DNA of 63,433 nucleotides, counting the filler, from Nemertoderma westbladi (lineage: Eukaryota > Animalia > Xenacoelomorpha), in assembly GCA_032718475.1 (NCBI GenBank). It is 3 parts of 3 records of this genome, joined end to end, with 100 filler letters (N's around TTAATTAATTAA, not from the genome) between each part and the next. Parts side by side here need not be neighbours in the genome. Positions count along the whole stretch, not along the records: positions 1 to 26,381 come from JAUCBJ010002214.1; 2 more parts are not named here. One strand, written 5' to 3'. The notes under the pieces were generated by a model. It had not been told where the DNA came from. It did no database searches and worked only from the letters and a program-made list of their open reading frames with translations. Each line of letters begins with the position of its first letter. The stretch's first letter is position 1. A program made the translations under genes and the position numbers. Below, piece after piece: positions 10,560 to 23,409 of the stretch.

Positions 10560-11100
10560 TTAGAAAAGCGACCCAATTATATCAAACCATGACCTACTAC
10601 TATAGATAAGTTAGAAAAATTTCCTTAATAAAATATCATTTCCTCATTATATTGAAGTCGTAATATGCGGGATTATCCTGTTGGGAGCCTCCAAAACCAG
10701 GCAGATTAGTAAAGGAACAGGGTAAAGAGACGAGTTGAAAGCAACCAAAACAATAAACGTGAGTTAGGAATGTTGTAGAAGAGAAAACCAAATTTAAAAC
10801 CAAATTTAATTAAGAATCACCAGTCACAATTATAGACCTTCCGGAACTCTGAAAAGGCTGGAGGCCCCCAAGAGGATAGAGCCTAACATTCATTTATCTC
10901 CGCATATCTATTTTATGTATTAATAACATTTGTCTTTAAATCTAATAACCGAACGCTGTTAAGGTGGTCAATTGTCTTACTTGAGATCCACCAAAAGGGG
11001 ATTCAGATAGGAGTCCCGATGGTTTAGGCAGGATAATAACCGTAGCGTGATGGTTCTTAAAGAATAACCGGCCACCCCAACCCCAAGTCCAGCAGTAGCT
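10560..11100 (-). pseudogene. Possible highly decayed LINE endonuclease fragment
   Basis: Only weak remnants on the minus strand (SIIVTGDS resembling the GDFN motif near 10815-10840). Confidence 0.25.
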
Positions 11101-12329
11101 TCATCTCTACATCAGATAAAGAACTACTTTTACTCCCCTTGATGACTTTGGATGGACGATGAACGGACGGTATATTCTTTTTACTGGCGGTCTACGAAGA
11201 GTTTGCGAGACAATCTGCACTCTGAAGTCGGAACAGATTCCGGTTGAATCGTTTAACAGCATCTTTTGATGAAGATGGCCGCGGTTGGATACTGAATGTA
11301 TCGCCCGTCAAAATTTACAAATGTTTGTGGAAGCGGGAGCCCCTGGTGTCATCTGTTCTGTAGAAAAACCCTGACTAGTCGAACTAAGTGCCACTGTAGA
11401 CCAAGCGGAATCCACAGCACTTTCCAACCATAACTGCTAACTGCGCATAATATGCACATAATATGCGCAGTTAGCATAATATCTGTATATTATACAGATA
11501 CTATGTCAGTATGTCCAGACTAATAGAATGCCTAACGTACCAGTAGGCAGTGCAGTGAGCAGGGCACATACGGAATCACTGTATTACTGGACCAGTACTG
11601 TAGTACAGAAGTAGAAAGAATGGACATGTTGCGTCTAATCTTGCTTTCGATTACTAATAATGAATTCAACAAACCAAAAAAGCATAGTATGGTTTAATGG
11701 TTATACATCTTTGAAGGTGATGTTTTTTGAGTAAATTTATCAATCCCAATAGGTCTTGATATGATATGTGTGCAAAGAATTCCTCATATCTCGAAAACTA
11801 CTGGAGCTATTAAATTTTTATTTGTCTTATCTGAAAGAGGAGATAATTTTAGTTAGAGTCAAGTACTTTCGACGCGCTTGAGCTATTGTTTCTGGGATTC
11901 TATCTATGATAAATAACTGGCCCACCAAATTTAAGAGCTTTTCATTTCAGCAGCATGGTAGGTCGTATTTATATCTATATTGCATAGCGGTATTGTATCG
12001 TTTCACAGCTACGAGTTTATGGTCGTCACCTTCTGATTGTGCAACCTTATACTGTAATAGCTTCTATTGTAGGTAGCGAACCGGTAATGATCAGCCAGGG
12101 AATGGTAGGCCTGCGACAAGGCAGAGTACAAAAAATAACTAATGTAATATAGCTGGTTCTGGTAGTGCAGATGATTTAAGTACGTATCTGGGTGTTAAAT
12201 CTCAAGGAAACCCTTGGGTAGATGAAATGGATCCCTCACCAGTTATACTGTAAATACCTGCTTGTCACTATCGGTGCAAGCTTTTGCGACATGCACTCTT
12301 GAGAATGCATGCAATGTATGTCTACGCAG

Positions 12330-12420
12330 TTCAATTCAATTTATTTTTATTTCCATAGATTGCATAATGATTGACGTGGGCCCCATAGCATAGCTAGTGT
12401 AGGGCACCACGTCAATCAGC
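12330..12420 (-). mobile_element. Probable 3' end of a LINE/SINE: stem-loop followed by an AATAAA-(TTGAA)n tail
   Basis: tgattgacgtgg ... ccacgtcaatca inverted repeat next to ttcaattcaatttatt. Confidence 0.4.
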
Positions 12421-12559
12421 ATAATGAATGCACTACGTAAGATACAATACACATTAATTAATTAATGAATACGCCTACCGTAGATACTGCCTCAACAATG
12501 CGCATCCAGCAAGACTAATGATTAAAAGACTAATGAGACTAATGACGCAGATTCACACA

Positions 12560-13675
12560 GGATGAGGTTTTGGTGGCAAAGTCAATGCTGTTCAGTAGAT
12601 GTGGTACCGAGATAGTTAACCAGCGTGACACCGCATATATATCTGCAAATGAGGTGAATTTCAAGAACTTATGGGAGAAACTTAAAGAACTTGATATAAA
12701 CGGTAAACTACCGTGCGTAGCAGTTATGGCTTTAGAGGCCCTATCGCTTCCGTGCCTACAATCGGGAACTGCTTCTGGCGTTGACTAAGATCCAGACTAA
12801 GATGGACATGGTGGATGAAAAATTGATAAACCAATAAACTAAACTTTATAATTAATAAACTCGAGCGGTTGTTTGCAGACAGTTTGAATTCAATGCAAGC
12901 ACATTTTTCTGAACTGTTACTTTGTCTAAAGGATGTTGTTGTACAAATTAGTCCGAATTCCTCATCCCTCAGTTCTACTGCAATCGGTACTAACATGGAT
13001 ACTGATACGGGGAGTGGGTTGCATACCGATATTGGTATGATTATGTCCAGTGAGCAATCCGTCATGCATAATGATGGCAGTTCATCTGCAGATCACATAT
13101 ATGGTGATTTCCCTGATTTGTGTCTTCTTCCACCAGCAACATTGCGGACGCCAGCATGGGAGCGCTCTACTCCAAGAGAAACTGGTAGGCCCTGTAGGCC
13201 TTTATCATTCACAAGACCAGAAAGATAACCACATCTTCGCAATTTGCCGCTAGGGGCAGTGCTAAGAGGCCGAGACACCCGCTACCAGCTGTTCTGGATA
13301 AGAAGGATCAGTTTGGTAGTTCTGGTTTTCAGAGGGTGGAATAAAACCGAGGAGGCGTCCATGCGATTTCATAATTGGGACAAAACAAAGTCCAGTCGGG
13401 GATAATGGAGCTAAGAATACAGGGTTACGGCCGACAGGCGGCACCAGAAGACGTATTCGCCTTTAGACTTTGGCCTACTATAACAGCACAGGTTTTAGTT
13501 GACTGCCTTGCGGTAGGTGTGTGGATTCCTTTATCTTTATTGTGAAAAGAATCTTCCCCCAGGACACAACAAGAGCGAGTTTCAGAGTATCAATGAGTTT
13601 TAAAAGCTTGGAATTAGCATTGTCACCATCCACATGGCCTTCTGGTATATGCGTCCGTAAATGGGTGCAGTATAG
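12560..13675 (+). pseudogene. Decayed ORF1 of a Proto2/Daphne-like LINE
   Basis: AKSMLF...KELDINGKLP N-terminal block and RASFRVS...TWPSGICVRKW C-terminal block, broken by stops and frameshifts. Confidence 0.7.
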
Positions 13676-13679
13676 TTAC

Positions 13680-14100
13680 AGGCCACCTTCTGGGTCATTT
13701 CAGTGGTCCATCACATCGCGGGCCGAAGGACAATTTGACTCCACAGGTAGAAAAAATTTATTGACAGTCTTTAGTTATCACGTATATATTATATATACCG
13801 GTACTAATAATAAATCAGGCCCTAATATATACCGTTATGTGGCGATTTCTTTGATTAGGGGATCTCCAGACGTTAGACTTGAAGGCTGGCCCCAATATAT
13901 ACCCTTGACCTGAGAAGTTATTATCCCTTTCCATTCGAAAATTGCGGTAGAGTTCTAATGTGGCTGGGTTGATAATATTGGGATACTGCTCATGTAAAGG
14001 TTTGGACGTTGTCTTTGTCATGATGAAAATAATATAGTTTTGGTTCTGGTTTTTAATGTCTAACTTTCTACTTATTATTACGGTCTCCAAATATAACTTT
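13680..14100 (-). pseudogene. Decayed RTE-like RT C-terminal fragment
   Basis: Frameshifted remnants AFKSNVWRS and FF..VES..L.G..WT, resembling the RTE C-terminus at 16714-16830. Confidence 0.4.
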
Positions 14101-14165
14101 ACCGGTAATTAAATCTATTCTATGCAAATATTGCGGTAACAGCGCCGAGGACCTTTACCATGTTC

Positions 14166-14271
14166 TAGAATGCTCGAGCTCACCAGAACTGTCATCTCTA
14201 GCGGCACAATAATAGTCTACAATAAAGATAAAGGCCTTAAGAATTGTAAATATAATAAGTCAATAATTTTT
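14166..14271 (+). repeat. Left copy of 106-bp target-site duplication of the RTE
   Basis: Identical by eye to 17196-17301 (tagaatgctcgagctc...caataattttt). Confidence 0.9.
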
Positions 14272-17195
14272 GACCTCAGGTCAGTTCAGTTCCCCAGATC
14301 CTGCTACCACTATGGCAGTAATGTGGTACTACCTGTAGCTGTCAGCCCAGTAGGGCAGGCCCGATAAGCATAGCCTATTCATTATTTTGTTGATCAAGAG
14401 TGGGTTGGTTCAGCCCCGTCAACTAAATAAGTCATTGAGGGCTATAGCGCCTAGGGCACCATTGAAGGCAAAGGCTTGATACGCATCTGCATTAGAGATG
14501 ATACAAGCCCCGCCCTGTCTATACTGGATGCTCCTCTACCAGTGTTAGGTAACCTAACCCAGGAGGCACACTTGGTTCAAGGTGTAACAAATGGACCCCT
14601 ACAGTCGGCAGCAGGGCTGTAGGCCATGGATAGGCGGAAGGTAATCAACCAACGGCTAGACATGCTGACAAGGTCGGCGGAAGGTAATCAACCAACGGCG
14701 ACCTACTGCGAAGACGCTTGTAGGAGTTGCGACCACAAGCAGTTTACTCCCGCAACTGGAGAACCCTCCAGGAGAAATACCGGCTCGGTCGTCACCCGGG
14801 TCAACAAGGACCGCGTCCCTCAGTGGTACACCAGGCTGGGGTCGATAAATTGGCTACTGGAACAGAAGACAGCGAAGAAAGAAGAACCAACCTGTTAAAA
14901 TGTAAAAAGACACTAAAGATTGCTACAATGAACGCACGCACGCTGAAAGCACAGAGCAAACAGGGTGACATAGTCGCTCTGGCAATGGAATATAACATCG
15001 ACATCATCTGTATCCAAGAACATCGGATTTGTCATGAAGACACTGCCATGAAGTACAATGACATTGGAAATGGATGGACGTTAGTAACAAGCTCAGCAGT
15101 AAGAAACTCGGCCAATGCATCAATTGGTGGAGTAGGAATTCTGCTAAGCCCATTTGCACTTAAGACCCTAAACCATATCGAATCTATAAATTCCAGGGTT
15201 ATGATTGCAACATTTGATGGGAATCCCAAGACAACAGTTATATGTTGCTACAGTCCAACCAATGCATCAGAGCCAGAACAAGCAGTCAAGTTTTATGAAG
15301 AACTGACTGGACTTATTAAGGAAATCCCGAAACACAATGTTAAAGTCAATGCTGGTGAACTGAATGCGCAAATTGGCCCAGAAGACATCAAGGGTTACAA
15401 TTATAACACCAGTTCTAACAGAAATGGGTACTTACTTTTAGACCTAATGGAAGAATGTGAATTGATACCAACAAACAACACATTCGAAAAGAGTAAGGGG
15501 AAGCTATGGACCTTTAATACCCTAATGGAACCAAAGCGCAACTGGATTACATCCTTATAAACAAAAAGTGGAGAAATAGCATGATCAACTGCGAGGCATA
15601 CAGCTCGTTCAACCTAATTGGTTCGGATCACAGAATTGTGACTGCAGAGATCAGACTCAGTTTGAGAGCCAGCAAACCCAGGACTAGCAATCAAATCAAC
15701 TATGACTGGGAGAAACTCAGAACTGACAATGCTGTAAAGGCTGCTTATACAGTAGAAGTTCAAAACCGCTTTGAAGCACTTCAGTCAATGGATGAAGACC
15801 AATCCACCGATTCAATATACCAGAATATAATAACAGCCCACAAGGAATTAGCTAAGAGGCATATCCCCCAGAAACCTAAACGAAAACAGTATGTGCCATG
15901 GCAAAACTCTGAGGTTACTTGTAAGAGAGAAGATCTTAAGATAGCCTACAAAGTTAAAACCGAACAACCAACAACCGAAAACATTAACAAGGTTGAGAAA
16001 GCTAAGGACGATCTTAAATTGGCCTACAACATCAGCCAGGAAAAGTACATACAGGATAAAACTGAAGCAATTACAACTGCTCACATACAGCAACAATCAA
16101 GACTTACCTGGCAAACTGTAAATGAGGTATCTGGTCGGAAAAGTTGTGCAAAGGGGCGTCTCAAAGCCGATAGTCCTGAAGAACGTGTTGGGAAGTGGAA
16201 AAATCACTTCAGCAACTTGCTTGGGCAGCCACCAAACATCGAGGTCAGCCCTACAAGGAAAATATATGACAAGACACTACCTATAGAAACAGGGGACTTC
16301 ACACCTGCCGAACTCCAAAGAAGCATTAAAAGCATGTCCAATAATAAAGCGAGTGGATTAGAAAAAATCCCAGCGGAGGTATGGAAAACCGGAGTGCTAA
16401 ATAGACCATTATTGAATGTTTGCAACCGGATGTTAAAAGGGAAAAAGCCACCACCAATTTGGTCTAAGGGTCAACTAAAGCCTCTCCCCAAGAAAGGAGA
16501 CCTCGGCATACCAACAAACTATCGTGGGATCTGTCTGCTTGTGGTAGCTGCCAAAATATACAATAAAATGATTCTATATAGGATTAGGCCTCACATAGAG
16601 AAACTACTGCGTAAGAGCCAAAACGGATTTCGACCAAGTAGATCAACAATAGCTCAGATACTTGCACTATGGAGACTGATTGAAGGAATTAAGTCAAAGA
16701 ATCTCCATCAAAAATGGATACCATCTGGAAATCAGATCTCTCCAGGCACCTGAAGACTAAGTTCTTTCGAGCCACAGTGGAAAGTGTATTTTTATACGGG
16801 GGTGAGACCTGGACACTGACTAAATCACTTGAACAACGAATTGATGGTTGCTACACAAGACTACTAAGGGCAGCCCTAAACATCAGCTGTAGACAACAAT
16901 GACAAACGCCGAGCTTTATGGTACAATAGCACCTGTATCAACCACCCTCCGTGAACGCAGATTAAGATTCAGTGGGCACTGCTGGCGAAGTAAAGACGAG
17001 GTCATACCAGATCTACTTCTCTGGCAACCAACTCATGGAAAGCGTAGTCGTGGACGACCTGCCATAACATATATAGATCAACTTGAAAGGGATACTGAAC
17101 TTGGGAGAAACGAAATTGCGACAACTATGGAGAATAGGGAAGCCTGGAAGGATCTCATTTCCACTGTCCGAGTTCGCTCGACCTAGTAGTAGTAG
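14272..17195 (+). mobile_element. RTE-clade LINE, apparently 5'-complete, internally deleted, (TAG)n tail
   Basis: APE motifs ATMNART, CIQEHR, GGVG, YSPT, LDYIL, SDHR. RT start PLPKKGDL..NYRGI..QNGFR. C-terminal LYGGETWT and RRLRFSGHCWR. Frameshifts near 15515 and 16900. Flanked by a 106-bp direct repeat. Confidence 0.93.
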
Positions 17196-17301
17196 TAGAA
17201 TGCTCGAGCTCACCAGAACTGTCATCTCTAGCGGCACAATAATAGTCTACAATAAAGATAAAGGCCTTAAGAATTGTAAATATAATAAGTCAATAATTTT
17301 T
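17196..17301 (+). repeat. Right copy of 106-bp target-site duplication of the RTE
   Basis: Begins within the (TAG)n tail; identical by eye to 14166-14271. Confidence 0.9.
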
Positions 17302-17624
17302 TAACAGATATTTATATCAATGTATAATATAAATTGTTTTATTTTATTGAGTATCTTATGTAATTATTTGAATGAATCAAAATAAAGGTCTCAATTTGCC
17401 CCGCGTGGGGGCGCAGTTTAAAAAAAAAATATATATATACCGTTAAACTCAAATGGAGAATTATCAATCATCTGTCATTGTATGTTCCGTTGAGGTGAGG
17501 TATGGTTTGGAGGTGAGGTCAGGTGAGGACCTTCGAATACGTAAGGGAAAGGCATGGGCAGCCTAGAATAGGCTTTCCAGGATTTGGAAGTCACAGAGAA
17601 TTAATCGGAAAATTAAGGTCCGAT

Positions 17625-18109
17625 TATTTAGAGCAGGCAGTAGTTCCAGTACTCCTCTATGGGAGTCCATGCTGGGCTCTAACGGCTGAGGACACCAAAT
17701 CTCTGGATGGCACGTTCACAAGAATGCTACGCCGGGTTCATTGTGTCAAGTAAATGCACACATCTCCAACCAGACACTATATAACATTGAAGGTGTCTCA
17801 TTGGGTGTTCTGTTCCCCCAAGCTTTACACTAGAACAAAATCGCCTCCGCTTTGCAGGACATTGCTTTCGCTGTAAGGACCAGCCAGCGCATAATCTTGT
17901 ACTTTGGCAGCCTCATGGAGTGAATAAGCATGGTGGACAGCACATGACTTTCTTGAAACGCATCTTAAAGGACACTGGCCTTGAAGATGCGGATGATCTA
18001 GCAAATGTCATGGGTGATAGGGAGTTGTGGTGGCGCAATTTGTCGACAAGCCGGCACAGCTTTCTTAAAAATGCAGCTGCAATGCAGCATGCCGATCCTA
18101 GTAGTAGTA
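17625..18109 (+). mobile_element. 5'-truncated RTE 3' fragment (different family) with (TAG)n tail
   Basis: VLLYGSPCWAL, LDGTFTRMLR, RLRFAGHCFR, ends tagtagtag. Confidence 0.85.
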
Positions 18110-18825
18110 CTGTATGTTCATATAATTCCACGGATTTTGGTATTGATAAAGTTGAATTCATGAGAACATTGTTGTTAAGAGTTGATATTTTATGTATTCA
18201 AGAACATTTCATTTTGAAGGATAACTGTCACAAATTTAACAAATTATTCACAGAATATGATTTTAATGCTGTGCCTGCCACTTATTTGAACGTGGAAGTG
18301 TGTTGCGGTAAGCGGTGGGCTTGCTATATTCTGGAAGAAATCTATTTCTAAGTATATTTCAGACTTTATCTGACACATTTTTTACTTTGCTTAATTGTAT
18401 TAAAGATACTGTAAACAATTCTCAGTTATATAACATAATATGGACTGGTGATTAGAACGCTGATCTGATTTGTAATTATTTGCATGTACAGACCATTACG
18501 GTATAATATTGAATCACTATCCCTATTTTGTGCTTGGAATGTATTTCCAATCGATTATACTTATTATCATATGTTTAATAATGTGATTCAGCGATCCACA
18601 TTAGATCATTTTATAATCAGCCATAACATACTAAATGTATGTTATGAAGCTGATGTATTTCATTCAGGTGCAAATATGTCTAGTCAATCATAGCCCGGTT
18701 TACATAAATTTAAAGAGGATTTACTGATTACAGATGTTTTAACGGAACCTCCGCTGTCACTGCACAATATAAATATGCCATTCGCAGATTAAAACGAGGC
18801 CATGATAAAATAAAACGTGAACCGA
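18110..18825 (+). pseudogene. Decayed ORF2 (APE part) of the Proto2-like LINE
   Basis: TVCSYNST, DILCIQEHF, STLDHFII motifs with frameshifts. Confidence 0.75.
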
Positions 18826-20086
18826 GTTCTAAAAGCTTGGTGGGATAAATATTTCTCCATTTGACGCAACACCGCCGCGGCCGCTATGAGGGAGGTGAAT
18901 ACTGCGGCCGCTCCTAAAGCCGCAGGCCATCGCTAACTATATAGGTTAACTTGGGATTCTGGGGGACTTTTCGATGAAGGAACTGACCAAATTTTTTTAT
19001 TTTCTCACCAGGGGAGCGGCTCGGAATTCTAAGATATTAGCAACTCTAACATTATTAAATCTAACCCTTCGACGGACAAGGCGGACAAAAAACCGTCATT
19101 TTTTCGACAATTTTAAAATTTTTTTGAAAGGCGCTCTACAGTGGCTCGAAAAAACCCTAGGTTATTGCTTAGCCGACGCCGGGATACAATAGAAGGGATT
19201 AATTAGTGAATTCGTTTTTTTTTTCAAAAAAGATTACCACGCCTTTTTTCCGAAAATGTCCGTCAAAGTTGAAAAAACGGACAAAATGACTTTGCGGGAT
19301 CCGCTATAACTCGGCTAATATTAATCGTACGGGGACGAAAGTAACGCGGTTGGAAAGGGGATGAGTGGTACTACCTTCGTATCGAATGGGGGTAAGATAT
19401 TTATTAAAATTTCGGGTGGAAAAAGGGGCTGTAAATTTGTACGTTTTTGTCCGTCTTTTTTGGAAAACTTATTTCCGAAAAGTTTAATTCGACAACGCGG
19501 GTAGGAATCCACTAATTATTTTATGAAACTCGTAGAAGACCATTGGGGCTACGTTCCTATCGAATGGGGGTACAACAAATATGTCGGCAATAGGGGCCAA
19601 AAAGGGCCAGAATTTGTAAAGTAGTTTTTATCGAATAATTTTTTATTTTTAACTTTAGTTGGTTAAGGTACATTCTATACAGTCCATATCCATACGGGGA
19701 ATTCAAATATGCTATCGGTTTTGCTCCAAGGATGATATTAAAAAAATGAGGGCCAAAATTATAATTTCGCGCTTCAAACTTGCTTCGCGGGAAATCGTCT
19801 AGCTCGAAAACTACTTAACTTACGGGAGATTTGTTTACACAGACTTATAGTGCGTTAAATTATCTATCTAACAGCGTTAATCACAGCGCCGGAGGTATTA
19901 TAAAACTGGAGCGGCAGGTGATCGTGTGAAATATAATATTTATAAAAAGGGACGAAAAATTTTTTTTTTAACATATCGCTATTCCATTATAGTTTAGCGT
20001 ATTGCGCCAAAAGTACCTGTAAAAAGTATCAAATTAACTCCGCTATCTTTTATCTTAACATATATAATTAAAATTACGAATTTTAA

Positions 20087-21648
20087 CCCTATTAAACCCG
20101 GGGAGGGGTCAATATGACCCCCCCGTGGTTTTTTTATTATAATTCTGAAACAAACGCAGTTGGGAGTCTGAAATTTTATGACTTTTCCTAAAAATCTATT
20201 GTCTTCATGGTAGTGAAAACCGTTTTCAAAAATATTGGGTACTTTTCGAGTTATAGCACCATTTTTTAACCCTACTTTTGGCACTTTTTTTGAGACGTTT
20301 TTTGAAAATTACATTTCATTAAATATGAATTGTAACATCTCGGTTTTTGATTTACACCGGTTTTTTGGTGTTAGAAATTGGATGGAATTCATATAAATTG
20401 ATATAGAAATTTCAAACTTGTTTTTTTCGATGGGTGCCAAATTTTGGTGCCAGCACCAAATTTTGAAATAAGTCAATTTTGTAAATTGATTATTTGGAAC
20501 TTGTTTTTTACGCAATTGGGGTTTTTTGAGGTTCTGGATTCGATGAAATATATACGAGTTGAACCAAGCGTATCAAACTTGTATTTTTCGGTGCTGTGTG
20601 CTAATTTTGGTGCTAGCACGAAATTTTGAAAATCCATTCAATATATAAAATTGCTTGTGACAATTTATTTCTTGCGTTTTTGAGGTTTATGGCTGTTCTG
20701 AATTCAATGGAAAATATAATTATCGAACTAGACATCTCAAACTTGTATTTTTCGGATGTGGGTGCAAAATGTGGTGCTAGCACCAAATTCTGAAAACCAT
20801 CAAATATATCAATTGATTGTGTCACCTTGTTTCTTGCGTTATACGGGTTTGTGATGGTTCTGAATTCAATGGAATCAGTAAAAATTTCATAAGAGTTCTC
20901 AAACTTGTATTTTTCGCCGTTGGGTGAAAATTGTTGTGCCAGCACCAAATTTTGGAAAATATGCAAATTGATAAGTAGATAGTATCACCTTGTTTCTTGC
21001 GTTATACGGGTTTATGAGGGTCCTGAATCCGATGGAATCAATAAAAACAGCACTGGACATCGCAAACTTGTACTTTTTGGTGATGGGTACGAAATTTGGT
21101 GCTAGCACCAAAATTTGCTAAATTACGCCGAAAAATACAAGTAACAATGATCTGGCATATTAGAAATGTATTCCATTAGAATCAGCGCCCTCGAAAACCT
21201 GAAAATGTGAATTTATAGCATCGTATAAGTGAATTAAAAATTTTGTGTTCTAACTGAAAAGTGCTGGTTACTTGTTTTTTTCATTTTTTTCCTACGCAGA
21301 GAGGACTAAACAGCCATTTATAGTAATCATATCATTTTTAAATATTTTCCAATGTATTTTGCACCCCAAAAAACCTGTATTGAAAAATAATTAGCCGAAA
21401 ATGTAACTTTCAAATTTTGTGAAAATTGTGCACTACTTGTAATTTTGGTGCTGCAATATAACCACCCCAGTACATTTTTTCGAAAATTTTTTTTTTCGGT
21501 CGGATCCAGACAAGTGATACCTACGTACAAACAAAAAATCAGACGTTTTCGTAAATATTTGTAGATTTTAGAGGGGGGGGGGGGGGGTCAATATGACCCC
21601 CTCCCGGTATTTGTACAACATTTTTTAGCCCGGTACTAATTTTAAGGG
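20087..21648. mobile_element. Non-autonomous piggyBac-like element
   Basis: TTAA on both sides, CCCT...AGGG termini, subterminal palindrome ggggtcaatatgacccc at both ends, internal tandem subrepeats with ggtgctagcacc. Confidence 0.8.
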
Positions 21649-21864
21649 TTAAGGGTCGAAAAATATCGCGTTATTTTGGCCCTTTTTTTTAATTTTTTTG
21701 GGGCCAAAAATAACCCCTTCTCAAAAGATTAAGAAAAAAATTACGGCAAAGAATATACCAATTTTATTGAATTTGGACCACCAGAGCCGAAGTTAGAGCG
21801 ATTTTAGTGAAAAAATAAAAATAATTTTTTTTGCAAAAAAATTAAGAATGGTCAGGTCAATATT

Positions 21865-21927
21865 GGATTTCGAACCCGCGAACTTAGGTTTCATTAACGT
21901 GATTGATAACCACTAGACTATGTGACC
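21865..21927 (-). other. Degenerate tRNA-derived sequence (SINE-head-like)
   Basis: Minus strand has A-box-like TAGTCTAGTGG and B-box-like GGTTCGAAATCC; no good cloverleaf. Confidence 0.45.
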
Positions 21928-23409
21928 AAGAGAATTTGAAATTTTCGAGTGACTATTTTTAAACATAAATAACTTCGGTTCTACTGGGCCGTTTGATCTG
22001 AAACTATTTTCATTGGATAGAGGATAGATTGTAGTGTGTGAAATAGGATAAAACTTGGGAAAAGACTTATGTGCACTTAGTGCAAAATGCACTTAAATAG
22101 TGAACATTTTTTCGATATTTCAAACACTGTTATTTCTATTCATCGTAGAATGTTATTTTTTGGATTAAAATGTAGTTTGGAATGATTTCTAACTATAATC
22201 GTAACATTTGTTTAACTTTTTATGTCTATAAAGTGACTTAAAATGTCCATGAATATGGTCCAAAATCGCAAATCCAGATTTATTAAATTGGATTTTTGAC
22301 ACTTTTAGCGACTGACACTTGATCATACACCATCGTAGATCGGTAGAGGATAAACATAAGTTTGTTAAATAAGAGCCACCATTACGATCTGCTAAAGTGC
22401 ATTTGTACAAATAAGTGTGCAAAAGTGCAAATTTTTTAATAAGGTCAAATTATATAGTATTGGGTTATTTTCTTTGCAGATACTTTATTTTCATATTAAT
22501 ATGTTGTTTGAACCTTACTGAGCGCATTAGGGGATATGCGTACAAATAACCGGCCCTTATGAGGCTTCGATTGGGTAAATTAATAAAACATAAGGTTGTA
22601 TAGTATAATATTCTAAAAACCAGTGTGATATTAAATGCACTTTAAATAATAAATAGAAATCAAATAACAATTGGACCACACAATTAAAAACTCGCACAAT
22701 TTTGTACTTATTATATCGCTTCAAATTAATTCAACAGTGGATATTTGGGGGAAGGGGGAAGTTACAGTGTGCATTCGGGGGAAGTTTGGTGAACTGCATT
22801 TATGCAGTGAATCCAAACTTCCCCCTTTGATATATCATATACTTAAGACATGCTAGGGTGACGGGGAAATATTTGTTACTGTCACACTTTGCTTCCATTT
22901 ATCCTATCCTTTATTATTACCCCAGTCAGATAAGAGATAATAAATCAGTAAAAACCAAACTAAACTGTCTTTCATGCAAACAAATTTCTAACTAAAGACG
23001 GGTGAATGACCATGACCATGGAAATAATTTTAAATATAATCGTATATCAACTATTTGGGGAGGCTTCCAAACCCGAAAACAATTATTTCGTTACATATAA
23101 TATAGTAAATAACGTTGTATGTTCTTCTTCCTCTCATAATAAAATATATATAAAATATCTCTGATCGCTGTGCCCTGAACATTTCACAACCAAAATGTTT
23201 CAGTGTGAAAAGTGTAGGCCTACCACACCCCGCCCAAACAGCCGCAAACGCATAGCCAACAAATTTAACAAAAGGTTACATACATGTTGGGTTCATGACG
23301 AGATGAGTGAAAATTGATCGCGTAATATAAAGTAAAAAATTAAGAGACGGGCTGGCTCTCCTCCACTTTCTTACCCAATGGATATGTTGTTGTAATAATC
23401 TAATATTGG

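Noticed and set aside
14166-17301. LTR retrotransposon interpretation of the direct repeats
   Set aside because: No TG...CA ends, PBS or integrase; interior is an APE-RT RTE with a microsatellite tail.
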